A stretch of DNA of 61,873 bases, counting the filler, from an uncultured virus (IMG/VR IMGVR_UViG_2049941000_000860) (Duplodnaviria > Heunggongvirae > Uroviricota > Caudoviricetes). It is 12 parts of one record of this genome, joined end to end, with 100 filler letters (N's around TTAATTAATTAA, not from the genome) between each part and the next. Parts side by side here need not be neighbours in the genome. Positions count along the whole stretch, not along the records: positions 17,975 to 31,885 come from IMGVR_UViG_2049941000_000860; positions 31,986 to 34,298 come from IMGVR_UViG_2049941000_000860; 10 more parts are not named here. One strand, written 5' to 3'. Positions 21,365 to 33,147 of this stretch are shown here, piece by piece. A program made the translations under genes and the position numbers. The notes beneath the pieces are model-generated. The model was not told where the DNA came from and did not search any database. It was given only the letters and a program-made list of their open reading frames with translations. Position 1 is the first letter of the stretch; each line of letters begins with the position of its first letter.

Positions 21365-21510
21365 ACCTGAAGATCATGCAGTCGTTCTGTTCGGAATTTG
21401 GGCTTACGCCTGCTTCCCGCGCACGGCTGTACGCCAATGCGGGTGAACAAAATGCGGTTGACGATCCCATGGAGCAGGTGTTTGGCGGAGGCTGGCGGGA
21501 TGTTCAGTGA
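21365..21510 (+). CDS. Terminase small subunit (P27 family) C-terminus
   Basis: SFCSEFGLTPASRARL; overlaps the TerL start. Confidence 0.85.
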
Positions 21511-22992
21511 AGCCAAAGCTCGCAGGGTTACTCAGTTCATTGAGTGTCTGAAACATACCAAGGGTGAATTCCACGGGAAACCTTTTAAGCTGCTGCCCTG
21601 GCAGGAGAAGATCATACGGGACGTTTTCGGCACGGTCCGAGACGAAAACCCGACTATGCGGCAGTACAATACGGCATACATCGAGATCCCGAAAAAGAAC
21701 GGTAAATCCGAACTGGGTGCAGCAGTCGCGCTGAATATGCTCTGCAACGACGACGAATGGCGGGCTGAGGTATATTCCTGCGCCAGCGACCGTCAGCAGG
21801 CCGGTATCGTGTTTGATGTGGCCGTAGATATGGTGAAGCAGTCCCCGGCGCTCAGCAAAAGGATAAAGATCATACCATCAACGAAACGAATGGTATACCA
21901 GCCCACCGGGAGCATCTACCAGGTTTTATCCAGCGAAGTGGCAACAAAGCACGGACTGAACGTATCGGCCTGCATCTTCGACGAGCTGCATACGCAGCCG
22001 ACCCGGGCTTTGTACGATGTAATGACGCAGTGCTCGGGTGACGCACGCAGGCAGCCGCTGTGGTTTTTCCTGACTACGGCCGGCACGGACCGCGAGTCCA
22101 TCTGCTGGGAAGTGCACCAAAAGGCACTTGACATCCTCGAAGGACGAAAATATGATCCGCGCTTTTATCCCGTGATCTACGGTCTTCCCGAGGACGCGGA
22201 TTGGACGGATGAAAGGAACTGGTACAGCGCCAATCCTTCGCTGGACAAAACCATCGGCATCGACAAGGTCCGCGACGCATTCCGTAAGGCCCAGGAAACG
22301 CCCGCCGACGAGAATATGTTCCGGCAGCTGCGCTTGAACCAGTGGGTCAAGCAGTCGGTCAGATGGATGCCCATGGACAAATGGGACGAGTGCGGCGGTG
22401 CCGTGAACGAGTATGAGTTGGAAGGCCGCGCCTGTTATGCGGGACTTGACCTTTCCAGTACGAGCGACTTGACTGCAATGGTGCTGGTGTTTCCTCCGCT
22501 GGATGATGAAGACAAGTATATCGTCGTGCCGCATTTCTGGCTCCCAGCAGATACGCTGAAGCTAAGGGTGCGCCGCGATCACGTCATGTACGACAAATGG
22601 GAGCAGTTGGGCTTCCTGCATACGACCGAAGGCAGTGTGGTGCATTACGGATTCATCGAGCAGTATATCCTGCGGCTCGGCGAACGGTTCAACATCCGGG
22701 AGATCGCCTACGACCGCTGGAACGCCGCGATGATGGTACAGGCACTGCAGGACGACGGTTTCACCATGGTTCCGTTTGGACAGGGATTCCGGGACATGAG
22801 TCCCCCGACCAAAGAACTGATGCGCTTGGTTCTGGAACGAAAGCTCAACCACGGCGGGCATCCGGTTTTGCGCTGGAACATGGACAACGCATTCGTGCGC
22901 ACGGACCCTGCCGGGAACCTGAAGATCGATAAAGAAAAATCCACGGAAAAAGTCGATGGAGCGGTCGCTTTGGTTATGGGATTGGACAGAGC
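21500..22992 (+). CDS. Terminase large subunit (near complete)
   Basis: IPKKNGKSEL, IFDELH, GLDLSSTSD, YDRWNA, KVDGAVA. Confidence 0.95.
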
Positions 22993-23002
22993 NNNNNNNN
23001 NN

Positions 23003-23751
23003 CCGCGAACCCTTCTCTCGGGAGAACAGTGGATATTGAATACTACCAGCAGCGCTGCCAGTCAGCGAAGGAAAACCCCGCGGAAGAAATACAGTTCCGG
23101 CAGTTCCATCTCTGCCAGTGGACAAATACGTCCGTGCGCTGGATGCCCATGGATAAATGGGACGCCTGTGCCGAAACGTTTACCGCGGAGGACCTCGAAG
23201 GGCGGCCGTGCTACGCGGGCCTCGACCTTTCGTCCACCAGTGACCTTACCGCGCTAGTGCTGGTGTTCCCGCCTTTTGCGGATGATGAGTATTACAGGAT
23301 CATTCCTTATTTCTGGCTGCCGAAGGAGACACTGCAGCTCCGGGTCCGGCGCGATCACGTCATGTATGACGTGTGGGAAAAACAGAAGCATCTGCTTACG
23401 ACGGAAGGAAACGTGGTGCACTACGGGTTTATCGAGGAATTTATAAACGAGCTTGGCGAGCGGTTCGAGATACGGGAGATCGCTTACGACAGATGGAACG
23501 CCACCATGATGGTACAGGCACTGGAAGACGACGGTTTCACCATGGTCCCGTTCGGACAGGGGTTCCGGGACATGAGCAATCCGACCAAGGACCTGATGCG
23601 CCTGGTGCTGGAGGGGTCAATCCGGCACAACAATAATCCCGTGCTCAGATGGAATATGGACAACGTGTTCGTCCGCACCGATCCCGCCGGGAACCTGAAA
23701 ATTGATAAAGAAAAATCTACGGAAAAAGTCGACGGCGCGGTCGCGCTGGTC
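23003..23751 (+). CDS. Second, divergent terminase large subunit (nuclease half)
   Basis: ANPSLG...FRQFHLCQW...GLDLSSTSD...KVDGAVA. Confidence 0.9.
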
Positions 23752-23761
23752 NNNNNNNNNN

Positions 23762-24265
23762 ATTGTAGCTTTTTAATGGGATGGAGCGCTCCTCGAACAT
23801 CAGCGGATATCTGTACTCAATTGCTCCCGGCGTGATAACATCCCCAGTGGAGATGTCGATCTTGATAGCCTGCCGCAGGTTATCCAGAGTGGCTTCCAGC
23901 ATGATGCGGATACCGGGGTAGTCGTGCTCCTCCATGATGCCGGATATGTTTGTGATGCGAAAGATGATATTGTCCGGAACTTCGACCGCGATAATCTCGT
24001 TCACGATCTTTTCCGCGGTATCTGCGGATAAAGGAAGGGCACTGACGGTGGCATCAATATCCATCGTCGCTCTTAAGTCAAGACCCACAATAGAGGCAAT
24101 GAGCATGCCGCCTTTCAGGATGAAGCTATCCCGATATCTGGAAAGGGATAACCTCTCCAGAAAACGCTCCATCATGAAATTTCGGATGTACGTCTGTGCT
24201 TTCGTGCTGTCGCCCTGGGACAGGTTGCGAACTTTGGCTTTTAATTGAATAGCGGTTTTAATCAT
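23762..24265 (-). CDS. AbiEii nucleotidyltransferase toxin, N-terminal part
   Basis: FILKGG, RATMDID, KIDISTGD. Confidence 0.9.
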
Positions 24266-24855
24266 AGCATTACCTCGGTATAGGTTCGGACTTTGTCTTC
24301 GATCTGAAGGATCTTTGCGTATTCCATCAGGTTGGGGAGATTCTTTCGACGGCTGGCCATGTATTCTTTCAGCGCATACTGGAATACTTGGATATCCATA
24401 TCTCCCTTACGGTGAATGATGTCGCAGATTGATCGTTCCATATCATAGACTCGAACGACGTTTCCGAAGGCCGTGACTGCGTTTATTACGCCAAGCTCCG
24501 CGATATCGGCTTTCACCTGGTATACCCGAATGCCTTTCTTACGAAGATGCGTCGCGTTATACCCGGCTTTTACAGTGACACTCGTAACCTTAGGCTCACG
24601 CTCCATCAGCCCATGAAGCATTAATGCTGTTTCGTGCGAGAAAACAATGCGCTGGCATGACAAATACAGCTGGTAAAGCTCATCCGGCCACGAATCATCG
24701 GACAGATAAATGCCATGCGCTACCCGCTCCATCTTACGCCTTGAGATGTATTCGGCGAGCGTTGGTTTCGATATACCGTTGTTCAGAACCTGAGATGTGA
24801 TCAGATATCCGTTGCCATCGGCAACCATTTTATCCAAGACATTGAACTGAGCCAT
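24262..24855 (-). CDS. AbiEi type IV antitoxin / transcriptional regulator
   Basis: RVAHGIY, FSHETAL, YDMERSICD; translationally coupled to AbiEii. Confidence 0.9.
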   Translation of the reverse strand: MAQFNVLDKMVADGNGYLITSQVLNNGISKPTLAEYISRRKMERVAHGIYLSDDSWPDELYQLYLSCQRIVFSHETALMLHGLMEREPKVTSVTVKAGYNATHLRKKGIRVYQVKADIAELGVINAVTAFGNVVRVYDMERSICDIIHRKGDMDIQVFQYALKEYMASRRKNLPNLMEYAKILQIEDKVRTYTEVML

Positions 24856-24864
24856 AGAAACACC

Positions 24865-24909
24865 TTACTTTCTCGCTCTCGATTATACACTGTTAGAGCG
24901 TGAAAGTAA
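24865..24909. promoter_or_regulatory. 15-bp inverted-repeat operator flanking the abiE -10 box
   Basis: TTACTTTCTCGCTCT / AGAGCGTGAAAGTAA (1 mismatch), with minus-strand TATAAT at 24882-24887. Confidence 0.7.
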
Positions 24910-24958
24910 AGTAACAAGTTGTTAAGAAACTCCCAAAAAATCCAAGGAGATACATGCC

Positions 24959-25746
24959 ATGAAAAATCCATTCAACATCTTCTTCCGCGCACGAGACAAG
25001 CCTAAGGATGCCGTCAGCGCGGCAACAACCTTCTCATTCGGCATGGCGGGGTCCGGGAAGAACGTCAATGCCCGCACGGCCATACAGGTGTCAGCCGTGT
25101 ACGCCTGCGTGCGGGTCATCGCCGAAACCGTTGCATCTCTGCCGTTCTCCGTGTTCGAACAGGATAAACAGGGCAGCCAAAAGGCACTGGATCATCCGCT
25201 GTACAGGCTTCTTCATGATGAGCCCAATCCAGAGATGACCTCGTTTGTCTGGCGTGAGACTATGCTTACACACCTTTTGCTGTGGGGAAACTCGTTCAGT
25301 CAGCTATTACGGGCGGGTCGCGGGAACATCGTCGGCATATACCCGCTGCTCCCGGACCGCATGGAAGTTGACCGGGACGATAAGGGTACCCTGACATACA
25401 CCTATTCCACGACAAACGGTCAAACTGTAAAGCTCAGACCTGAGGATGTACTTCATATTCCAGGTCTGGGGTTTGATGGGATCATGGGCTACAGTCCAAT
25501 AGCTGTCGAGCGCAATGCTGTAGGTTTATCCATCGCATCGGAAGAATACGGCAGCAAGTTTTTCTCCAACGGCGCGCGGCCTTCCGGCATCCTGACACAT
25601 CCGAATACGGTAAAGAACCCCAAGGCGCTGCGGGAAAGCTGGGACGCGGCTTATGGTGGCTCAAGTAACGCAAACCGCGTTGCGGTGATCGAGGAGGGCA
25701 TGACCTTTACGCCGATCAGCATGCCTAACAACGAAGCGCAGTTCCT
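24959..25746 (+). CDS. HK97-family portal protein (allele 1, partial)
   Basis: AVYACVRVIAE, PNPEMTSF, VLHIPGLGFDG...GYSP. Confidence 0.95.
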
Positions 25747-25756
25747 NNNNNNNNNN

Positions 25757-26345
25757 GAAGCGCGCTGAAAAAAATTTGAGAGAAATTTGGAGAAAACGTC
25801 CGATTTGACTCATCGCCAAGGCTACCCAATGGATACACGGAAAAACAAAGACTTATCTGCTCCACCGTTGTGTTCTGAATGTTGAGTGGCAGTCTGCCGC
25901 AGAAAAGTGTGTGGATCATATTAATGGAAACAAACTGGATAACAGGAAGGCAAATCTCCGGATTGTCAGTTACGCACAAAACGCAGCAAACAGGCACGCG
26001 GTTTTAACATCAACAGAGAGACTTCACGTATCAAAATCCGGGCAAGCATACATTGCCCGACTTAGAATAGATGGAGTGCCCATTTATATCGGGTCCTTTT
26101 CCAACCCTGAAAAAGCGGAACATGCTGTTAAACGTTATATTGAAACAAGCCAATTTCCTTATGAGAAACGCAAAACACGGAAGGTGCGGCAGAAATCGAT
26201 GTCAGGTGAAGTGATCGCTACATATGCTTCCTGCATGGAGGCATCAAAACATACTGGCATATGCGCAGAGAATATTTGCCGGGTTGCTAACCATGACCGT
26301 CAGCGAAAACAAGCTGGCGGTTTTCTTTGGGAAGATGCAAATTAG
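25757..26345 (+). CDS. HNH homing endonuclease with AP2/NUMOD1-like C-terminus, directly upstream of a portal start (26357)
   Basis: LLHR...VDHINGNKLDNRKANLR; YIGSF; KQAGGFLW; an in-frame stop upstream suggests 5' degeneration. Confidence 0.75.
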
Positions 26346-26373
26346 GAGGTTCGCATGAAAAATNNNNNNNNNN

Positions 26374-26880
26374 CCGCTGCTGCCAGACCGCATGGAGGTG
26401 GACAGGGACGACAAGGGAAACCTGACGTACACCTATTCCACCACAAGCGGCCAGACGGTCAAGCTCCGTCCGGAAGACGTGCTTCATATCCCGGGCCTGG
26501 GCTTTGACGGCATCATGGGCTACAGCCCCATAGCGGTTGAACGCAATGCCGTGGGCTTGTCCATAGCGGCGGAGGAATTCGGCAGCAAGTTTTTCTCCAA
26601 CGGTGCGCGTCCTTCCGGCATCCTGACGCACCCGAATACGGTAAAGAATCCCAAGGCGCTCAGGGAGAGCTGGGATGCGGCATACGGCGGATCCGGCAAT
26701 GCCAACCGTGTCGCAGTCATCGAGGAAGGCATGACGTTTACCCCGATCAGTATACCGAACAACGAAGCGCAGTTCCTGGAGACGCGGAAGTTCCAGGTGG
26801 AGGAGATCTGCCGGATCTACCGGGTGCCCCCGCACATGATCGGGGACCTGGAGCATGCAACCTTCAGCAATATTGAGCAT
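26374..26880 (+). CDS. Portal protein allele 2, 5' exon
   Basis: ...RIYRVPPHMIGDLEHATFSNIEH, then homology breaks at GTGCG. Confidence 0.9.
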
Positions 26881-26924
26881 GTGCGACCGGAAATGTCGCT
26901 ACTGAAAAGCAAACTAAGGTAATG
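26881..26924 (+). mobile_element. 5' end of a putative group II intron in the portal gene
   Basis: GTGCGAC at a codon boundary; the portal resumes MSIDFAVHT at 27580. Confidence 0.65.
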
Positions 26925-26934
26925 NNNNNNNNNN

Positions 26935-27137
26935 CGCGGGCTACCAGCTGGGCGAGCCCGTCTCCACCGTGCTGACCGTGGAGAACGTGGGTATCGTCGG
27001 CATCGAGTCCTTTTCTGTGAGCGATCCATTTGACGGCGCGACCTTTTCTGACGGCCCCATCGCCGTGAGCGGAACCAAGAGCTATATCCGCGCGGACATC
27101 ACCGTGACGGATGACGACGTGGAGAGGGGCTATATCG
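26935..27137 (+). CDS. Ig-like repeat fragment of the surface protein
   Basis: TVENVG...ITVTDDDVERGYI. Confidence 0.45.
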
Positions 27138-27579
27138 NNNNNNNNNNNNNNNNNNNNNNNNNNNNNNNNNNNNNNNNNNNNNNNNNNNNNNNNNNNNNNN
27201 NNNNNNNNNNNNNNNNNNNNNNNNNNNNNNNNNNNNNNNNNNNNNNNNNNNNNNNNNNNNNNNNNNNNNNNNNNNNNNNNNNNNNNNNNNNNNNNNNNNN
27301 NNNNNNNNNNNNNNNNNNNNNNNNNNNNNNNNNNNNNNNNNNNNNNNNNNNNNNNNNNNNNNNNNNNNNNNNNNNNNNNNNNNNNNNNNNNNNNNNNNNN
27401 NNNNNNNNNNNNNNNNNNNNNNNNNNNNNNNNNNNNNNNNNNNNNNNNNNNNNNNNNNNNNNNNNNNNNNNNNNNNNNNNNNNNNNNNNNNNNNNNNNNN
27501 NNNNNNNNNNNNNNNNNNNNNNNNNNNNNNNNNNNNNNNNNNNNNNNNNNNNNNNNNNNNNNNNNNNNNNNNNNNNNNN

Positions 27580-27927
27580 ATGAGCATCGACTTCGCCGTG
27601 CACACGATCCGGCCCTGGCTTGTCCGCATCGAACAATCCATGAACCGCGCGCTCTTTACCGATCAGGAGAAAGGGCGCTTTTATGTGCAGTTCAATATAG
27701 ACGGTCTGATGCGCGGAGATTACAAGAGCCGGATGGAGGGCTATGCCATAGCCAGGCAGAACGGCTGGATGTCCGCCAACGATATCCGCGCGCTGGAGAA
27801 CCAGAACCCGATCCCCGCGGACCAGGGCGGCGATGCCTATCTGGTCAACGGGAACATGATCTCTATTCTGACTGCAACACAAAATCGACCCTCAGGCGGA
27901 TTGACGCTGCCGGCTGAGGATGAATAA
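27580..27927 (+). CDS. Portal protein C-terminus (3' exon)
   Basis: IRPWLVRIEQ, GLMRGD, GWMSANDIR. Confidence 0.9.
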   Translation: MSIDFAVHTIRPWLVRIEQSMNRALFTDQEKGRFYVQFNIDGLMRGDYKSRMEGYAIARQNGWMSANDIRALENQNPIPADQGGDAYLVNGNMISILTATQNRPSGGLTLPAEDE

Positions 27928-27945
27928 AAGAAGGGAAGTGATCAT

Positions 27946-28231
27946 ATGCGTCACTTTTGGAACTGGGTGAAAAACGATGACAGCACCCGCACCCTGTACC
28001 TGGAAGGCGTGATCGCCGAGGAAAGCTGGTTCAAGGATGATGTAACGCCTGCCATGTTCAAGGAGGAACTTTTCTCCAGCAGCGGACCGATTACCCTGCA
28101 TATCAACAGCCCGGGCGGCGACTGCATTGCGGCAAGCCAGATCTATACCATGCTCATGGACTATCCCCATGACGTGACTGTACAGATCGACGGCATGGCG
28201 GCAAGCGCGGCATCCGTCATCGCCATGGCGG
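27946..28231 (+). CDS. ClpP-like prohead protease (partial)
   Basis: INSPGGD, IDGMAASAASVIAMA. Confidence 0.9.
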
Positions 28232-28336
28232 NNNNNNNNNNNNNNNNNNNNNNNNNNNNNNNNNNNNNNNNNNNNNNNNNNNNNNNNNNNNNNNNNNNNN
28301 NNNNNNNNNNNNNNNNNNNNNNNNNNNNNNNNNNNN

Positions 28337-28850
28337 TTCCAGCGCAGGGCCGGTGCCGCCGAGGAAGAGGCCATCCTCTCCGGTGACGGTTCCCACAAGC
28401 CCATCGGACTGCTGCACGATACCCTCGGCGCACAGGTGGGTGTGACCGCAGCGAGCTCGACTGCAATTACGGCGGATGAACTGATCGACCTTCAGCATAG
28501 TCTCAAAAGTGGTTATCGCAGAAAGGCCGCGTTCATCATGAACGACGCTACCATCAAGGCCGTGCGCAAGCTTAAGGACGGACAGGGACAGTATATCTGG
28601 CAGCCCTCCATCAGGGACGGTGTGCCGGATATGCTGCTGAATACCCGCATCTATATGTCCAACTACATGCCCCTGCCTGAGGCTGGACATAAGGTCATCC
28701 TTTACGGTGATTACAGCTATTACTGGCTTGCGGATCGAGCGGGCAGGACGCTGCAGCGCCTGAACGAGCTGTATGCCATGACCGATCAGATTGGCTTCAA
28801 ACTCACGGAGCGCCTGGACGGCCGCCTTATCCTGCCGGAAGCCGTGAAGG
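28337..28850 (+). CDS. HK97-type major capsid protein fragment
   Basis: RKLKDGQGQYIWQP, GDYSYYWLADR, ERLDGRLI. Confidence 0.9.
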
Positions 28851-28946
28851 NNNNNNNNNNGGAAATCAAAATACTGGTTGGATGTACAGAAGAAGAAAAG
28901 CTGGAAATATACAAAACGCATAACCGGTATTTGAGGAGGAGAGGAT

Positions 28947-29396
28947 ATGGCACAGTCAGCGGAATGGAAAAGCATGTGTCATGAGTTGAAGAAATCGGTG
29001 ATCCCTGATCTTCGCAAAATTGGCTTTACCGGATCATTTCCTCATTTACGCAGAACAAGGGAAGATAAAATCGAATTATTATCCTTTCTGCCACACAGCA
29101 ATGTGGGCGGAGCTTTCGAGGTAGGTGCATCTATCATCTTTCCAGGTGCGGCAGGATCAGAGGAATCCAATTTATTCTACCCCGGTGCTGAATTCGATCC
29201 CAAGAAACTGATTTGGGCAGATGGGCGAATCAGGAACGGACTTCCCGGTATATTTGATGGTGCGTTTTATTTTGTGGATGTTTATTCAAAAGACATTTCA
29301 TGGACTGATGAAAGAACACATATCCATTATTCAGGAAGACACTACACAGCGGTAACGCCCAAACAATCGTTCTACATCTTAAATCATCTTATGGCC
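28947..29396 (+). CDS. DUF4304-like protein (immunity-like); allele at 51405-51549
   Basis: VIPDLRKIGFTGSFPHLRR. Confidence 0.6.
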
Positions 29397-29406
29397 NNNN
29401 NNNNNN

Positions 29407-29611
29407 CTTGTTCGACAGTGAAAACGATAATGGTTTTACGCCTGCAGCTTACCAGGCCGACAGCACCGCGTCCAGCTATACTGCGCTGAAAGAGGACTTT
29501 AATGCGCTCTTGGCGAAGCTTCGTGCATCCGGTCTTATGGAGGCAACCATGCCTGCCGAAACGCCTGCTCCCGAAGAGACACCTGTCCAGGGTGAAGGCG
29601 GCGGTACCTGA
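29407..29611 (+). CDS. Head fibre/decoration-like protein C-terminus
   Basis: QADSTA...LKEDFNALLAKLRASGLM, located before the connector gene. Confidence 0.6.
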
Positions 29612-30424
29612 TGATCATTTCCCTTGCCGAGGCCAAAACACACCTGCGGATTGAGCACGATGAGGAGGATGAATACCTGACCGGACTCATCCTCCAGGCG
29701 CAGGCCGCTGCCGAGGATTACTGCCGGGTATCCTTTGAGCCATACCTGAATGAGGATGGTGAGGAGATCGACGCGCCTGAGCCGGTGCGCCTGGCGCTGC
29801 TGCTGTTCGTGGGGTTCTACTATGAAAACAGGGACATCCCGGATATGACCACCTACAAGGCCATGCGAATGGCGTTCGACAGTTTGCTCTACCCGTACCG
29901 CGATCCCGAGAAAATGTTTTGAAAGGAGTGATCCTGCTTGCGAGGGTATAAAAACTTTGAGAGCGATCCGCATCCCGGATCACTCCGGCACAGGATCGAG
30001 ATCGGGTACACGGAAAACGCCATCAACGAAAACGGTTATCCACAGCCTGTGGATAAAGTCATATGCCGGGTGTGGGCTGCCGTGGTCGACGCCGGAAACC
30101 AACACTATCGAGCGGCTGACGTCATGAACACCGAAGCCGTCATCAACTTCACCATACGCTACCGGACGGACATCAAGCCCGGGATGTGGGTACGCTTCCA
30201 GGGAGAGAAATGGAACATCTCAACGTTCGGCGAATACCAGTTCAAGCGTACCTACCTCGGACTTAAAGCCTCCCTTTCCAAGGGGGTGAGCGGATGAGGC
30301 AGGTTCAGGAAGCACTGGCCAATATTGGTATCCCTGTTTTCGCCGGCATCTGGCGCGCTACTTCGCCGGACCAGAACCCGCCGGTGCAGTATGTGGTCTA
30401 CTCGTCCACGACTACGGAAAACAN
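29611..30424 (+). CDS. Head-tail connector (29611-29922), head-closure protein (29938-30297) and tail-completion start (allele 1)
   Basis: AKTHLRIEHDEED; LRHRIEI...FTIRYR; HK97-type synteny. Confidence 0.85.
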
Positions 30425-30541
30425 NNNNNNNNNCGCCGAAATCAAGGCGTTCGCCCTCCTGGCGAGGGTGCTGCCGTTGGTGACATATGTCGTCGTGGAA
30501 CCAATCGAAGTCAAACAGACGGAAGGCATTCNNNNNNNNNN

Positions 30542-31885
30542 TACCTACAAGGCCATGCGAATGGCGTTCGACAGTTTGCTTTACCCGTACCGCGACCCGG
30601 AGAAGATGTTCTGAGAGAGGTGATGGTCGTTGCGAGGATATAAGAACTTTGAAAGCGATCCGCACCCTGGGGCACTCCGGCACAGGATCGAGATCGGGTA
30701 TACGGAGAACGCCATCAACGAAAACGGTTATCCACAGCCTGTGGATAAAGTTATCTGCCGTGTCTGGGCAGCTGTTGTCGACGCTGGTAACCAGCACTAC
30801 AGGGCTGCCGACGTTATGAACACCGAAGCCGTCATCAACTTCACCATACGCTACAGAACGGACATTAAGCCCGGGATGTGGGTGCGCTTCCAGGGAGAGA
30901 AATGGAACATCTCAACNNNNNNNNNNAGCCTCCCTTTCCAAGGGGGTGAGCGGATGAGGCAGGTGCAGGAAGCACTCAAAAATATCGGCATACCCGTTTT
31001 CGCCGGGATCTGGCGCGCAACGTCGCCGGACCAGAATCCGCCGGTTCAGTATGTGGTCTACTCGTCCACGACAACGGAAAACAGCCACCAGGACGATCAC
31101 GTGACCTCGTTCAGGACATATGTGTACTTAAACCTGTGGAGCGATATCGACCCGACAGAGATGGCGGATACCATACGAGAGGCAATGTACTCCTACGGTT
31201 TTACTATTCTGGAGGAGTCAGATAAGGGGTATAACCAGCCGCAGTATGACACCGCCACCCGGCAGTACACTGTTCAATGGACGTGGGTCTTGTACCAGGA
31301 GAAAAGATATGCCGCTGGAGATTAGGGGACTGGACGATCTGAGCAACGACCTGAGCGCCATGGCCGCTGCCTTTAGCGACGACGGACCCGTCATCAACAA
31401 AGCGCTGAAAGCCGGAGCCGTGCCCATCGAGGAGCAGATGAAAATGAACGCGTCCAGTGACCCGAAGATNNNNNNNNNNCTATGCCGCTGGAGATTAGAG
31501 GGTTCGATGAACTGAGCAATGACCTGAGTGCCATGGCCGCGGCCTTTAGCGACGACGGTCCAGTCATCAACAAAGCGCTGAAAGCCGGAGCTGTGCCCAT
31601 CGAGGAGCAGATGAAAATGAACGCGTCCAGTGACCCGAAGATCATTACCGGGGACCTCTACTCGTCCATCCATACCCACGGAGTAAAACACAAAAGAGGC
31701 GGCTCCGGCAAACACATCACCATTGGCGTAAAGCACAGTGAAAGAGGCGCGTACTATTCAAACGCTGTCGAATTTGGCCACGGCGGACCGGCTCCGGCTC
31801 CCATGCATCCCTTCGTCCGTCCAGCCTTTGACGTCCGCTATCCGGACGCCTGCGAAGAAATGAAGCGCGTGCTCAGGGGCGCGCT
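30542..31885 (+). CDS. Further allele fragments: connector, head closure, tail completion and two HK97 gp10-like genes
   Basis: Near-identical to allele 1; gp10 motif YYSNAVEFGHG...HPFVRPAFD. Confidence 0.8.
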
Positions 31886-31985
31886 NNNNNNNNNNNNNNN
31901 NNNNNNNNNNNNNNNNNNNNNNNNNNNNNTTAATTAATTAANNNNNNNNNNNNNNNNNNNNNNNNNNNNNNNNNNNNNNNNNNNN

Positions 31986-32576
31986 CAAAATGGCACTGGA
32001 GCGGATTGTGGGAACGGTGCATCAAAACGGCTATCACTGGATTGTCGAAGGTGACATTTCCAAATGCTTTGACAGGATAGACCACAGCATTCTCCTAAAA
32101 CGCCTATACCATATGGGTGTGAAGGATCAAAGAGTGCTGATGATCGTAAAATCCATGCTCAAAGCAGGCATCATGGACGAATGTGATGTAAACGAAGAAG
32201 GGACCCCGCAGGGCGGTATACTTTCTCCGCTGCTTGCAAATGTTTATCTGGATATACTGGATGAATATGTGGCCAAACAGTGGATCAACAAGAAAGTACA
32301 TACTACCTACTATAACCAAAGTACCAAAATGACGGCGCTACGGAAACGCAGCTCTCTCATACCCGGTATTCTGGTCAGGTACGCAGACGATTTCGTCGTA
32401 GTCACGGACAGCCGTGAGCACGCTGAATTTTGGAAAGAAAGAATCGGTCTTTTCCTTGCAAAGGAAATGAAGCTGACGCTCTCACCGGAGAAAACGCTTA
32501 TTACCGATGTCCGGAAGAGATACATCCAGTTTCTGGGGTACGAATACAAGGTCGTACGAGGAAACAGCAGAAAGGG
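31986..32576 (+). CDS. ltrA: Group II intron reverse transcriptase/maturase fragment
   Basis: WIVEGDISKCFD, GTPQGGILSPLLANVYL, VRYADDF, LSPEKT, FLGY. Confidence 0.9.
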
Positions 32577-32684
32577 NNNNNNNNNNAAACGGTTATCACT
32601 GGATTGTCGAAGGTGACATTTCCAAATGCTTTGACAGGATAGANNNNNNNNNNCAAACCAATCTAAGAAAGGACTTATAAGACT

Positions 32685-32876
32685 ATGGCTAACAATACTC
32701 CAACCGCATCCCCCAAAGTATCCTCGACAATCGGCCTGAAAAACGTGGTGCTCGCGCCGCTGCTGACCGATACGGATGAGGGTCATACCTACGGCGACCT
32801 GCAGTTGGTCGCCGGTGCTATTGAGGCCAGCGTCACGCCGGACAACGCTGATCCAGACGTCCAGTTTGCCGATGAT
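32685..32876 (+). CDS. Major tail protein (phi13 type), 5' exon
   Basis: IGLKNVVLAPL...QFADD; AAGAAAGGA RBS. Confidence 0.8.
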
Positions 32877-33137
32877 GTGCGCTCTGTTGCCTGACAACCT
32901 GCACGGAAACGTGCAATAAAACAGGCCAATTTCTACATTGGAAATTGAACTTTGCGCTGATTTGACAGGTGGAATTCCTGTCTGACCCTGCGTGAGGGGT
33001 TACAAAGACTCTGATACTCCGACATGCGACTGAATGCGTTTGTTCTGCCGTATGAAGCTCGGTGAAGAGCGGGAAAGGCTCCTGAGATGGAGCGCAATAC
33101 CGCAGGAGGTCAGTACAGCCATGCTTAGGATGCTGGC
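32877..33137 (+). mobile_element. Group II intron 5' region in the major tail gene
   Basis: GTGCG directly after GAT GAT, followed by an early stop; intron domain-I-like TGAAGCTCGGTGAAG; RT fragment adjacent in the scaffold. Confidence 0.75.
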
Positions 33138-33147
33138 NNNNNNNNNN

